Shown: one piece after another, positions 24,712-36,060 of the stretch
How positions within the stretch are numbered: the stretch's first letter is position 1
Layout of the letters: each line of letters opens with the position of its first letter
Made by a program: the position numbers and the translations under genes
The notes under the pieces: model-generated
Databases searched by the model: none
The model's input: only the letters and a program-made list of their open reading frames with translations
What the model was told of the DNA's origin: nothing
From: Isurus oxyrinchus
Taxonomy: Eukaryota
Assembly (NCBI GenBank): GCA_026770705.1
Contig: JANJGN010000036.1
Coordinates: 3,596,001 to 3,660,000 of the forward strand
Direction of reading: 5' to 3'
Length of the DNA stretch: 64,000 nucleotides

Positions 24712-27700
24712 TCATCTGCAACCCGCCTTCTTTTTTGATCTCTTTTCCAATGCAGCCATGTCCAAAGAGGCGTAGAGAGGTCCGCCCTGAGACTGGGAAA
24801 CACATTCAACAATGTTGTTCAAAAATACTTTAAGAAGACGCGACAGATTATGTCACCCGCACTCACGTTTCATAGAATCATAGAATGATACATCCCAGGA
24901 GGAGGCCATTCGGCCCATTATTTCCCTTCCGGGCTTTTTGTAAACGCCACCCAATTAGTCCCACTCTCCCCTTCTCTGACTCCTTACCCCAATTATTTTC
25001 TCCCCTGAAGTCTTCATTCTTGAATCTGTCACTGATTCTGCTTTCATTGCCGTCTGCACCGATTTGAGCTTGTTTTGTTTAATGTGTCTATGCAAGAATT
25101 ACCCGAAGAAATGTTTTGTAACGGATAAGTAAAATTCGGAAAGCAATTAATACAAAAATCACCAAAGTTTAATCAGGAAACTGGAAAGGTGACTCTATGG
25201 ATTTGAATGTGTGCTCTGCAGTTCACTGGACAATTCAGTTATCATGTTTCTCCATGCGCCAGGTACAAGATAGAATCGTACACACAATCAAAATAGTTTC
25301 ATTTATATCGCTTCTTTCACGTCTTCAGGAAGGCACAGATCTCTCAAAGGCACTTCTCTGAAACGTACTTACTGTTCGTTGTGTATGAAACACGGCAGCA
25401 ATTTTGCGCACATTAAGATCCCATAGAAAGGATTTTGATAATGTTCCAGATGATTTATTGTTTTGAGATGTTGGCTCAGGGATTAAATATCAAACAGGGC
25501 ACAGATGAGAACCCCGCCCTGCTCCTTCTCTAACAGCGCTGGCGACATCTTTCAGCCAACAGGAGAACGCAGCCGGGCCTCAGTTTAAAGTTTCGCCTGA
25601 AAACAGCATCTCTAAATTGCAATGCACAGTCAGTCCTGCACTTGAATGTCTGTCCAGACTTATTGCTCAAGTCTCTGAAGTGAACCCTCGGAACCACAGC
25701 CTCCTGACTAAGAGGTGTGTGTGGGGAGGTGGGGGGTGGGGTGGGGTGGGGACAGAGAGAGATACAGGAATACCCATTCAGTCAAGGCTCACAATCGCTC
25801 ACGCAATCTCACAATCAAACGCACACACAGACTCTCACACTTATATTCTCCAGAACGTTTTCCTTCTTTGTCCACTTACAACAGGAACATATTTTGATAT
25901 ACCTATAAAACTACCCTGGGTTTGGCCTTATCTTCATGGTAATTCCAGAAGCTAAATTTTTAGAAACAAAATTGTTGGGTGGAGGACGGAGGAAGGAGGG
26001 CTGAGGAGGATGGGATCTAGACTCGCCGTAGGAATAAACAAAGTAAAAATAAAAGTCACAGAGAGCTAGAGATCCGAAATAAAAACAGCAGCAAATCGGA
26101 AGTAAAGAATTAAGAGACATTCTACCAGGAACATAAGCATATCCTTTGTATTATCAGTTGGGGAGAGGGCGGTGGGACTTGTCCTGATTCCAGTTAGAGG
26201 GAAAGGAATTGTGACACAAATTCAGCTGTTCAAGACTGTGACCTGCCCTCTGTTAACCACGTGTAATATCCGGGATGGGTTGCCATTGACCTTATCCCAA
26301 AACTCATTTTTTCTGCATATTATTACAGCCGTTTCAATGTTCTCACCTGTAGTCCACCGTGATCTGTCCGCTTCGCCGCTATTTGACAGCGATCACCTGT
26401 GTGTTAATGGTTAGGATATGAATAGAAATGTTATCCCAGTCGCCAAAGTCTATAGTTACTTACAGAGGATTGTGTGCCAATGACGACGAATGCACCAGTG
26501 GCTCCAGTACATTAATGGGCTACAAACGTCAATGGGCCCCCAAACCGCGAAACCTCATCAATATGCAAATTGTTCCTAAAACTTCAATGGAGTCCAATTC
26601 GACAATAGTGGATAAGTACCCCTAACACCAGAGTTTGTGGTCTAATTGGTATATTACTGCCAGTATTAAGAAGCAATAAATTGACCTTTATGAGACTAAC
26701 AGAGAGGAAAGACTTCTACAACAAGCAGCGGGAAGTTCTGGACCTTATATTCGGAATTGAGTCAGGGCAGTTGGGAAACGTATCAATAGAGGACAATTTT
26801 CGCGATAGTGAACATAACACAGTTAGATTTAGGATAGATATGGAAAAGGATAAATTTAGGCCGGGAGTAAAAGTTCTAAGCTTGGGAAAGGCAAATTTTG
26901 CCAACATGAGGTAAGATTTTGCCCAAGTGCAATGGAAGCAGCTCCTTGCAGGTAAAACTTTATCAGAGCACTGGGAGATATTTAAGGAGGAAATAGGGAA
27001 AGTACAGTGCAAATATGTTACAGTGAAGACAAGTAGGTAAGGGTGGGCGGGGAACAGCAAGTGCGCAGAACCCTGGATGGCAAGGGGCGTAAAGGTTAGG
27101 ATTGAGGCAAAAGGAGACGCTGATGGCAAATACCGAGGACTCAATACGGCAGCGTCCATAGAGGAGTATAAAAAGTGTAGGGGGGAGCTTTAAAAGGAAA
27201 CTAGGAAAGATAAGAGGGTGCATGAGAAAGCATTGGTTGACAGAATAAAGGATAACCAAAGAGCTTTTTAAATAAATATATAAAGAGCAAGAGAATAACT
27301 ACGGGAAGAATAGGGCCGATTATGGATCTTGGAGGTAATCTGTGTGTGGACCCGGAAGACGTGTGTACAGTTCTCAATGACCACTTTGCTTCAGTCTTCA
27401 CAATGGAAAAGGTCAACACAAGTATAGACATCAAGATGGAGGACTGTGAAATATCAGATGAAATTAACATATACTTACAGGGGGCACTAGCGGTTTTAGC
27501 GGCCTTAAAACTGGATAAACCTGTAGGCGCAGATGAGATGCATCCCTAGGCTATTGAGCGAGGCAAGGGAAGAGATATCCAGGTCCCTGGCAGTAATTTT
27601 CAAATCTGCTCTGGCCACAGGTGAGGTGTTCACTTTGTCCCATGATTAATAAAGGGAGGAAGAGTTAGACAAGGAAATTCCAGGACAGTCAATCTAACCT

Positions 27701-30700
27701 CCATAGTGGTGAAGCAACTAGAAATAATTCTGAGGAGTGGAATATACCTACACTTGTAGAGACACGGATTAATCAGGGATAATCAGCATTGTTTTGTTCA
27801 GGAGCTTGGTGTCCATATCCATGGATACCTGAAGGCATTCGGGCAGGTTGGTAAGGTGGTTAAGAAGACATATGGGATGCTTGCGTTTAATAGCTGTGGT
27901 GGAGAATAAAAGAGCAGGGAGGTTATGGTGGAACTGTTTAAAACCCTGGTTAAGCCATAACTCGAGTACTGCGTGCAGTTCTGGTCCCCACATTATATGC
28001 GGGATGTGATTGCACTGGAGTGGGCGCAGTGGAGATTTACCAGGGTGCTGCCTCGGCTGGGGAGTCTGAGCTTGAGTAAAGATTGGATGGGCTGTGGTTG
28101 GTTTCCTTGGATCAGCGAAGGTTGAGAGGGGAACTGATAGAGAAGTATTAAGTTAAGAGGGGCATAGGTAGGGAGGATAAGAAAGCACATTTTCCATTAG
28201 TAGATAGGCCAATAACCTAGGGGCACAGATTTAAGGTAAGAGGTAGAAGACTAAGGGGGAAATTGAGGAGAAATGGTTTCGCCCTGCGGGTAGTGGGAGT
28301 ATGCAAATCACTGCCTGAAAGGGTAGTTGAGTCAACAATTCTCGTAACATTTAGGAAGTATTCAAATATTCACTTGCGTTGCATTAGCCTCCAGGGCTAT
28401 AAGCCAATCGTTTGAAAATGGGATTAGTGTAGTCAGATCTTTGGTGGCCGGCGCGGACACAATGGGCTGAATATCCTAGTTCTCTGCTGCAAGCGTTTAT
28501 GAGTCCATGAAAATGGTCGTAGAACATTCTGATTGTGGGAAAATCACTCTGCAGACACTAAGATCATATGGATATATTGCAACTGTTCAAATCAACGAAA
28601 ATGGCGAAAGCCATTCTCTGGTTATTTCCCCAGCACAATGTCGTGAGCAATCAGATAACCTGTCTGGTTTCAATTTTAACAAAGCTTGGCAGTTAACTGT
28701 CAATCAACAGTTAACTTGTGCATTTTCCATACAAACACCTCTGCCAGTCACGGACCACATGCCAAACACTCTGTACTCTCTTCTGATGAAATATAAATTG
28801 TTCCTCTTACATTTAGTATTCTTGCGATCTTTCCTGAGGAGCACAAGTCCAAAAGTTTCGACATCATGTTCATTATTTTGGTAATTTACCCATTTTGGCA
28901 TTTAATCTCTTCCAATATGTCAATGCAACTTACCCGTTCGTCGCTCATTCGGCCTCTTGCTTTGCCTTTTGCCTCTCAAGCTAAAACAGAATGCGGACAG
29001 ATATATCAAACACGTGCTAGGTCTTGTAACTCCTGGCTCAGGCGCCGAAAGTAATTGAGAAGTGAATTGCCCATCTTAGATTCTACCTTAAACAATCATA
29101 GAACATTTCTGAATATGATATTTGAACCGGTGTTGGGGTTGAACTCGGTTTGACACAGTGTAAAAGAGAAAAAGATTGTTGTGATGAACTTTGCAAATTG
29201 TTCAGTTACTCACTTTTCATTGGGGGTTCTCCTGACTCGCTCTTCTGGAAGAAGAATGTGTAATTAGTTATTGAAATCTCTGAGAAGGGAATCACACTGG
29301 AGAAACAAGTACTGAAATGACCCTGATAACCATTAATCCTCACCCGATCTGCTGTTTTTACGCATCCAAATGGAAATGAGCACCAAGAGTAGAATCAGTA
29401 CCAACAGGATAGTTACGGCAACAGGAAGAGCCAGTTTGCACCAACCTACAGAGACAAAATACTTAGAAACTACTGCTGGGTTAAATCATTCTTACCTGCG
29501 ATTCTCTGAAGGGAAACGGGAACCAGCTAAAAAGCTGGATCCTCAAACTCGGGTGTGAAAGTAAATTAAAAAAATAACAGTCAGCAATGGGACTGAGAGC
29601 GGAGCGTGGATGCGCAGAATGGATTCAATGGCGCAGTGTTTGCTAGTGGAGATGAATTAATCAACAACACTGTCAGGATTTTTTCACATGCTTAATGTAT
29701 CAGCATGTATGATGAAAAACATCACACCAATATCTTAGTTGAAAATTGAATCTTGGAATGATACGGCAAAGAAGGAGTCTAATAGTATCTGTGGTGAGAA
29801 AGACAGTTAATGTTTCGAGTCCATATGACTCTTCTTCAGAGCTACAGACTCGAAGTGTTAACTCTGTCTTTCTCTCCACAGATGTTGTCAGACCTGCTGA
29901 GTTTCTTTGCCAGCATTTTTTGTTTTTGTTTCAGATTTCCAATATCCGCAGTATGTTGCCTTCATAAAAGAAGCAGTTAAGTCGGCTCATCGTATCTGAC
30001 TTGCCTCTTTGAAAGAGCAATCCAGTTATTACTACTCTCCCTGTTCTTTCCCACATAACACTGCACATTTTCCCCAATGAGTATTTATCCGATTCCCCTT
30101 TTGAAAGTTCCTATTGAATCTGCTTCCACCGCCCTTTCAGGCAGCGCCTTCCAGGTCACAACCATACGCTGTTTAAAAAATAAAATCCCCTCATCTGCCC
30201 CTCTGGTTCTTTTCCCGATTCTCTTCAATCTGTGACCCCTCTGGTTACCGACCCTCCTGCCCAGTGGAAACCGTTCCTCCTTATCTACTCTGTCCTAACC
30301 CCCCCACTTCCTGATTCCGAACGACTCGATTCAGTCTCTTGCTTAAACTTCTCCTCTCTAAGAAGAAAAATCCCAGCTTCTCCAATCCCTCCACGTTAAC
30401 TGATGCTAATTCTGATTAGAAGTCCCATTCTGGTCAATCTCCCCTGCATCCTCTACAAGGCCTTGACATCCTTCCAAACCAATAGTGCCCAGAACTGAGG
30501 ACAATGCTACAAACCTGGCCAGCCGGATGTTTATGAATTTTAAGTCTATCTTTTTTGTTTTTAGTCTCGATTCCTCAATTAATAAAGTGAAGAATTTCAC
30601 GACATTTAACAGCCATTTCGGTTTATCCTTCCACCTCAAAGCATTTATGGCATTAGAGAATGATTACAGCAAAGAAGGTGGCCATTCAGCCCATCGTGTC

Positions 30701-33214
30701 TGTGCAGGTTCTCTGCAAGAACAACTCACAGAGCTCTACTTCCCTGCTTTACCGCATCATCTTGCATTTTGTTTTCCTTTTCAGGTAATTCTCCAATTTT
30801 CTTTGGAAAGTAATGATTGAATCTGCCTCTACTACAGTCCTACACATTACACTCCATATTTTAACCACTCGCTGCAGAGAAGGATTTATCGTCTTGTCAC
30901 TGTAACTCCTTTTTTTCCAATCAGTTGAAATCCGTGCCCTTCGCTTCCCAATCAGCCCGCCAATGGACCGGTTTCTTCCTAACTGAGCTGTCCATAAACC
31001 TTATAATTTTGAACACCTCTATCAAATCTCCTCTAAACCTTCTCTTCTCCCAGGAAAGCAGCCCCAGTTTCTCCAATCAATGCATTTAACTGAAGTTCCT
31101 CATCCCAGGAGCCATTTTAGAGAACTATTCCTGCACTCTCCCGCTTCACATTCTTCCTAAAGTTCTGTGCCCAGAACTAGACAGAATAATTTAGTTGAGG
31201 CCAAACCAGAATATTGTAGAGATTCATCAAGGCTTCCCTTTCTTTTGGTCTCCCGGCCGTATTTCTAAAGGCCAGGATCCTCTATGCTTTGTACGCGGCC
31301 CTGACACGATCAATGAATTGTGCACCTGAACCCACATGCTCGCCCATATGTTTTACGTGTGATAAACTTGAGCTGGTTCGAACAATCCAAACTCAGTGAA
31401 AATTCAGATCCTTGGCTTAATGTTACGTAAGATTGCTGATATCATGGATTAAAATTAAAATAGGTTTTAAGGGGAGTTTGGAGATGATAAATGAGGTTCC
31501 TGGGGGGTAAAAGAGGAAACTAAATGGACGACAAGTCTCAGCAAACCTGTCCATTTTACGGAACAAATTCACTTCTTGGCCATTGTTTGTTCGCTCACAA
31601 AGCGCATCCAGATCGGAACTGACCTCAGCCAAATTACAAGACCCATTGCATGAAAAGGGCGATGCAAGCAGATACAATCACGACTTTCAAAGGGGAATTA
31701 TATGATTCCAAAGTCTCTGCAGACATATAAAGCAGAACAAGAAGGTATATACAAGAACAAAAGACTATTCTGGACTGAGGAAGCAATAATTTATTTCAAA
31801 ATAATTTAACAAGTGAACGCGCACACACACACACACACACAGATGCACACACATACAAACACACAGAGGTACACAGACACGCACATACACATAAACACAC
31901 AGAAAGACATGACGCACAGAAAGACACAGGCACACACACCCACACAACTATAGATTCAGTTGGAGTGCCGACTGTGAAATGAATACCTCCAACAGAAAAC
32001 CCTATGTATTTGTAGATTATCTATTGGAGGTCTTCAGTTCACTTTCGGCGGGATCTTAGACTCTAGACAATTAATACAATTGAAGCCAAAGTTGAATAGA
32101 TCCTCCATTGTACAGATCACGAACTCAATTGTCCCTGTCCCTGCTGCCTTGGAGAACAACACGCTCTTCGTCCAGTTTTTGCTGAGACACCCCAGTTGAA
32201 CAATACAAGTACAGAGGCCGCCGCTCCCCCAGGTATCCCTGGACACCATGACGTGACTTCTGATGCTGTAGGTCCCGTCCTCCTCACTTGTACTGCGATC
32301 GTTCTGTCGCTCAGTGACCATGCAGGAAATATTCCAGAAGACAGCAATCTGGTTGGAAGAAACTCCACTGACTGTAGCCCCTAAGGGGACGGTTTCCCTC
32401 AAATTCAGATCACCCAGCGGGACAAGAACCAGCACAGCCGTCTTGTTGGTAGAACTGTCGGGACAGAAATTGGGACACAGTCAACGATTAATTTGTTCCA
32501 AATGTTAATGCTGCGCATGATCTGAATTCATTTCACTTGCTCTCTTACCTCCCACCAGTAGTGTGGGTCCATTCTGGAGCGGCGTATTGACATCCATATG
32601 AGGACAGTAGTAGGAACCCGAGTCATTCACCTGGACATTGCGAATTTCCAAAATCAATATATATTTGCTTTTGTCTTTTTTCGAAATAAACTTACAGTCG
32701 GCCCCCTGACAGAGTTGGATATCGATTAGTTTCGGGACTTCACCCACACGTTGTTTGTACCAGAAATAGCTCGACACCAATTCCACTTCGTAAATGTGGT
32801 AACAGATTAATTCCACCGTCTTTCCGACTTCAGCTGTCATTATAAAGGGACTCTGAGGCAGTGTGTGCTCGGATTCTGTAACTAGAGAGATTATTGTTAC
32901 ATTACTACATTGAGAGATGGGAGGAATGCTCTTGTAACAAAATCAACCGTAATTTAAGAAGGATTTTGTTATTGTCTTTAATTTTTTTTGGTTAGACTAA
33001 TTCTGCACTTGCCTTTGCTTCGCTTTATAGCAGAAAACAGAAAACAAACTCACATCCTCCGGTCAAATCCCTTCACCTAATCATCGGGTCACATTTTCAG
33101 CTTAGTAAACACAGATTCTGGCTGATTCCAATTTAAAACTCCTACCCGTCTCTTACCATAAACCCGCAGCACTTGGAAAATGAGCATCAGAGATAAAGGT
33201 TCCATGGACATCAT
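24712..33214 (-). CDS. Gene B1: V(-C1)-TM receptor with PLYASL ITIM-like tail; C exon splice-dead, so either a V-only receptor (about 224 aa) or a young pseudogene
   Basis: Leader 33214-33157 (MMSMEPLSLMLIFQVLRVY); V 32881-32549; C 32458-32129 (no in-phase AG, donor TT); TM 29445-29344 (WCKLALPVAVTILLVLILLLVLISIWMRK); small exons 29244-29214, 28980-28934, 28833-28811; terminal 24792-24712 SQGGPLYASLDMAALEKRSKKKAGCR*. Phases join in frame; the small cytoplasmic exons are less certain. Confidence 0.65.
25300..25710 (-). mobile_element. Deu-domain SINE
   Basis: Antisense homolog of 13378-13800. Confidence 0.55.
26710..28500 (+). mobile_element. CR1 LINE ORF2 fragment (endonuclease C-terminus, linker, internally deleted RT, 3' end)
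   Basis: VLDLIFG...DSEHNTVRFRI...KANFANMR; LKLDKPVGADEMHP; ctcgagtactgcgtgcagttctggtccccacattat (LEYCVQFWSPHY); many stops. Confidence 0.9.
29344..29445 (-). CDS. B1 transmembrane exon
   Basis: tgtag acceptor and GTGAGG donor, 102 nt, strongly hydrophobic, membrane-proximal Cys. Confidence 0.8.
29970..31300 (-). mobile_element. Two tandem CR1 3' end fragments
   Basis: Each ends in gtgcccagaact and carries CR1 3' UTR-like sequence (about 29970-30520 and 30650-31300). Confidence 0.6.
32129..32458 (-). pseudogene. B1 C1-like exon: open frame, but both splice sites and the B-strand Cys are lost
   Basis: DSSTNKTAVLVLVP...ETVPLGATVSG (paralog has PLVCLVSG)...WNIS...DGTYSIRSHV...CTC; preceded by cg instead of ag, followed by TTGAGT (paralog GTGAGC). 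Confidence 0.75.
32549..32881 (-). CDS. B1 V-type exon with degenerate J strand
   Basis: VELIC...FWYKQ...LCQGADC...DSGSYYC PHMDVNTP LQNGPTLLVG; canonical splice sites, 333 nt. Confidence 0.88.
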
Positions 33215-34339
33215 GATGCGGTGAGTTCCTCCCTGTTTTCGCTCTCACCAGTTTGTTATTGTAGGCGTAGTGGCCGCAGACTGACCTGATCTCAGCACCA
33301 GTGAGTTGCTCCCCTTTCGATGCGGTGGAAACTATGATGAGTTATGCTATGGTAAGTGTGACACCAATTTGGGCGCGGTGCCCTGGTGAATGCCACATAC
33401 ATTTGTCATGTTGTGATCACTGTCACAGCGACCAAGTGGCTGGGTATCTATAAAAAAGGTTTAATCGGTTGAAAGGGTGTCACTGAATTCTGGCTTTGAG
33501 GGTGCATGCTGAATATTGCAGTTAAATTTCAATTCATTCTTAGAATGCATGTTTCGGTGCCTGGGGCAGCAGGTATCAACCATCCTAAGGGCCGCTTGTG
33601 AAGCTGGCGGTGTTCCGCCTTCTTGAATAACCGCAGCCCATGTGGTGTATGTACGCCCAGTGCTGTAAATTGGCAGTGAAGGAAAGGCGATACAGTTCCA
33701 AAACAAGCTTGTGCGTGACTCGGAGGGGAACTTGCAGGTGGTGGTGTTCCCATCAGTCTGTTGCCCTGATCCTTCTGGGAGATAGATGTTGTGGATTAGC
33801 AGGGTGAATGACCAGAATTCACAATGTGGTGCAATAGTGCTCAGTAAAATTCATTCTGTAAAGAGTTTGTAGACGATTCTTGATACAACCTGCTTAACAC
33901 AGAGACTGGAAAACATTGACAGATCATCGCATTGAATGGGTGGTTTTGAAACATATGGCGCCAGCCTCAGTGAGAGGTCCCGGTATTCCCTGTGTGTATA
34001 CAGTACACATTGCAATTTCTGTGAGCTGCTGATTAAAGAAACGCTTTATTTATGAATAATCTTGGGGATCTGTAAATTTTATTCATATGCCGGACATTGC
34101 AGATACACATGCAACCGGTGTCACGTCGATGAAGACACGGTAAATGAGGTCAGTTATACACCAGTGATATGTTCAGTTGCAGCAACCCCGGGCGGCAGGT
34201 CCTGAACTGCCTGCTGTTTAACACTAAGTCCTAATGTTTAATCTCTAAAGGCAGTTTTGCGCGCGAATTGTCTCAATTTTAAAAGCAGTAAAGCCACGGA
34301 GAGATTATGGCTCGAAATTCATTTCCATCTCAAGCCTAA

Positions 34340-34870
34340 ACTGTACAGAAACTCGGAGAGTGATTTACGCCCCTCAGTGTGCTTTGCACTGCCCCCGAAT
34401 GCGCTCTGAGGGCCGCGTCTTTCTGAGACTCGAGGCAAACAGCGGCGGTCGCAGCTGCAAATTTTACTGATTCGCTTTTTATCGTTCAACTTCAAGCATT
34501 TCTGCAGAAAAGTTCAGACACTCGGTAAGGAACAACACTCTCTGTTCATTTCAGAATCCATTCTGCAACTAATTCACTTGAAGATGAATGGAGCCCGCCT
34601 TTGCCTCCCAGATTACGTTCCTCATTAGTATCTGAAGATTCCTTGATATGGGTTCTTGACGATTCTTGCAGTGAATTTGCTGCTTTGACCTTATAACTGG
34701 GTGAATTTTCCAATGAGGGGCTCCCATGAAAAGAATGATTTGACTCAGCAGCAGTTTCTAAGTGTTTTGTCTCTGTTAACGTGAAGCATTTTGACCCTTT
34801 GCCACAGCTGTCACGATGATCCGGGTTCTATCCTGCATCCTCATAAGGTTCTGGGTTCATTAAAGCGGCT
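34340..34870 (+). pseudogene. Remnant: promoter-like region plus degenerate type-B TM exon
   Basis: Inverted paralog of 11400-12010; 34740-34870 is homologous to the B TM exon and its upstream intron. Confidence 0.6.
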
Positions 34871-34884
34871 GATCAAGTGAGTAG

Positions 34885-35150
34885 ACACACCCTCCTGTAC
34901 ATGACTACTGGCTGAATTTAAGCTAGTTAACCTAATGGGTGTGACTGTCTCCTGAAACATAGCGTCCAGGTAACTCTCCCCCTCCCTGATGTTCCGCAGT
35001 GTCCGAAGCTCAGACCCCAGCTCATCAACTCTGAGCCGGAGTTCCTCGAGCAACCAACATTTGCTGCAGATGTGGTCACTAGGAACCACAGTGGGATCCT
35101 CCAACTCCCAGATCATGCACCGACAACACATCGCATGGCCCTGCATCTGT
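34885..35150 (-). mobile_element. CR1 LINE ORF1 N-terminal fragment
   Basis: CCRCMIWE...HICSKCWLLEELRLRVDELGSELRTLRNIREGESYLD: zinc-finger plus coiled-coil typical of CR1 ORF1. Confidence 0.8.
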
Positions 35151-35499
35151 ATTTTATTTAATAAGTTTTTCAATTTGTTTTTAAATTTCCTACCAGTCTT
35201 TAGTTTATCAATCTGTAAAATATTTCTCCTATTTACCTTTAATCTAAAAGCAAGTTATAATAGAGATTCAAAATGCACTCTTTAAAATCAACTGGAACTC
35301 GCTCTCTCGGTAGGGTTGACGCTGAAGAGTTAGGCCTCCGATCCTGGGCCACAGTATTCACCTTTAACCTGAAATCAATTTAGAATAGGTAGTTCAAACT
35401 AGCAGTTACTTACCAACCAATGAACTTACGGTTTTTCCTGTGATGTCACTTTGGAATTTTTCACTCGGCGTCGGTGACTGCAGGGGACACTCTTCCCAG

Positions 35500-36060
35500 A
35501 CTCATTCGTCTCAGTATCATTCTTTCGAACCCTATCTGTATTTCAGTCCTATTAAAACTGTGTTCTATCTATCTCTCGCCATCATTTTCCTTCTATCTCT
35601 CTCTCGCTATCTCGCTATGTTTGTCTTGTTTAAACACTGTTTCTCTCTACTGCATGTCTTTCACTCTCTCTCTATTTATGCTCTTTATAAACAGTGTCCT
35701 ATATATATCTCTACCATTCTGACTCTGTGCCCCATTTAAACGGCGCGTCAAAGAATCTTTATTCTATCTCTCTCGCTATCATTCTCTCTTTCTCTCTCTC
35801 TCTTTCTCTCTCTCTCACCATTACTCTCTCTAAATGCATTTTTGTCCTGTTAAGACAATGCTCTGTAAGATCTCTGCTTTCTCTTGCTTTCATTTTCTCT
35901 CGCTATCTCTTATCCCTCTATTTCATTCTTCTTCTCTATGTTTCAACGTTGTTCTATAAGATACCGTGCTCTGTCTTGCTATCAATCTCTCCAGCTTTCT
36001 CTCTACCTCTTTCCCTCTCTCTATTTATTTCTACTTCTGATCTGTTTGAACCCTGTTCTA
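35500..36060 (+). repeat. CT-rich low-complexity tract
   Basis: Direct inspection; paralogous to 50820-51880. Confidence 0.8.

Noticed and set aside
26347-26519. Two exon-like segments (26519-26464 and 26396-26347, minus) in the last B1 intron
   Set aside because: Splice signals look good, but joining them in the expected phase gives an immediate stop and no paralog supports them; they cannot be excluded without RNA data
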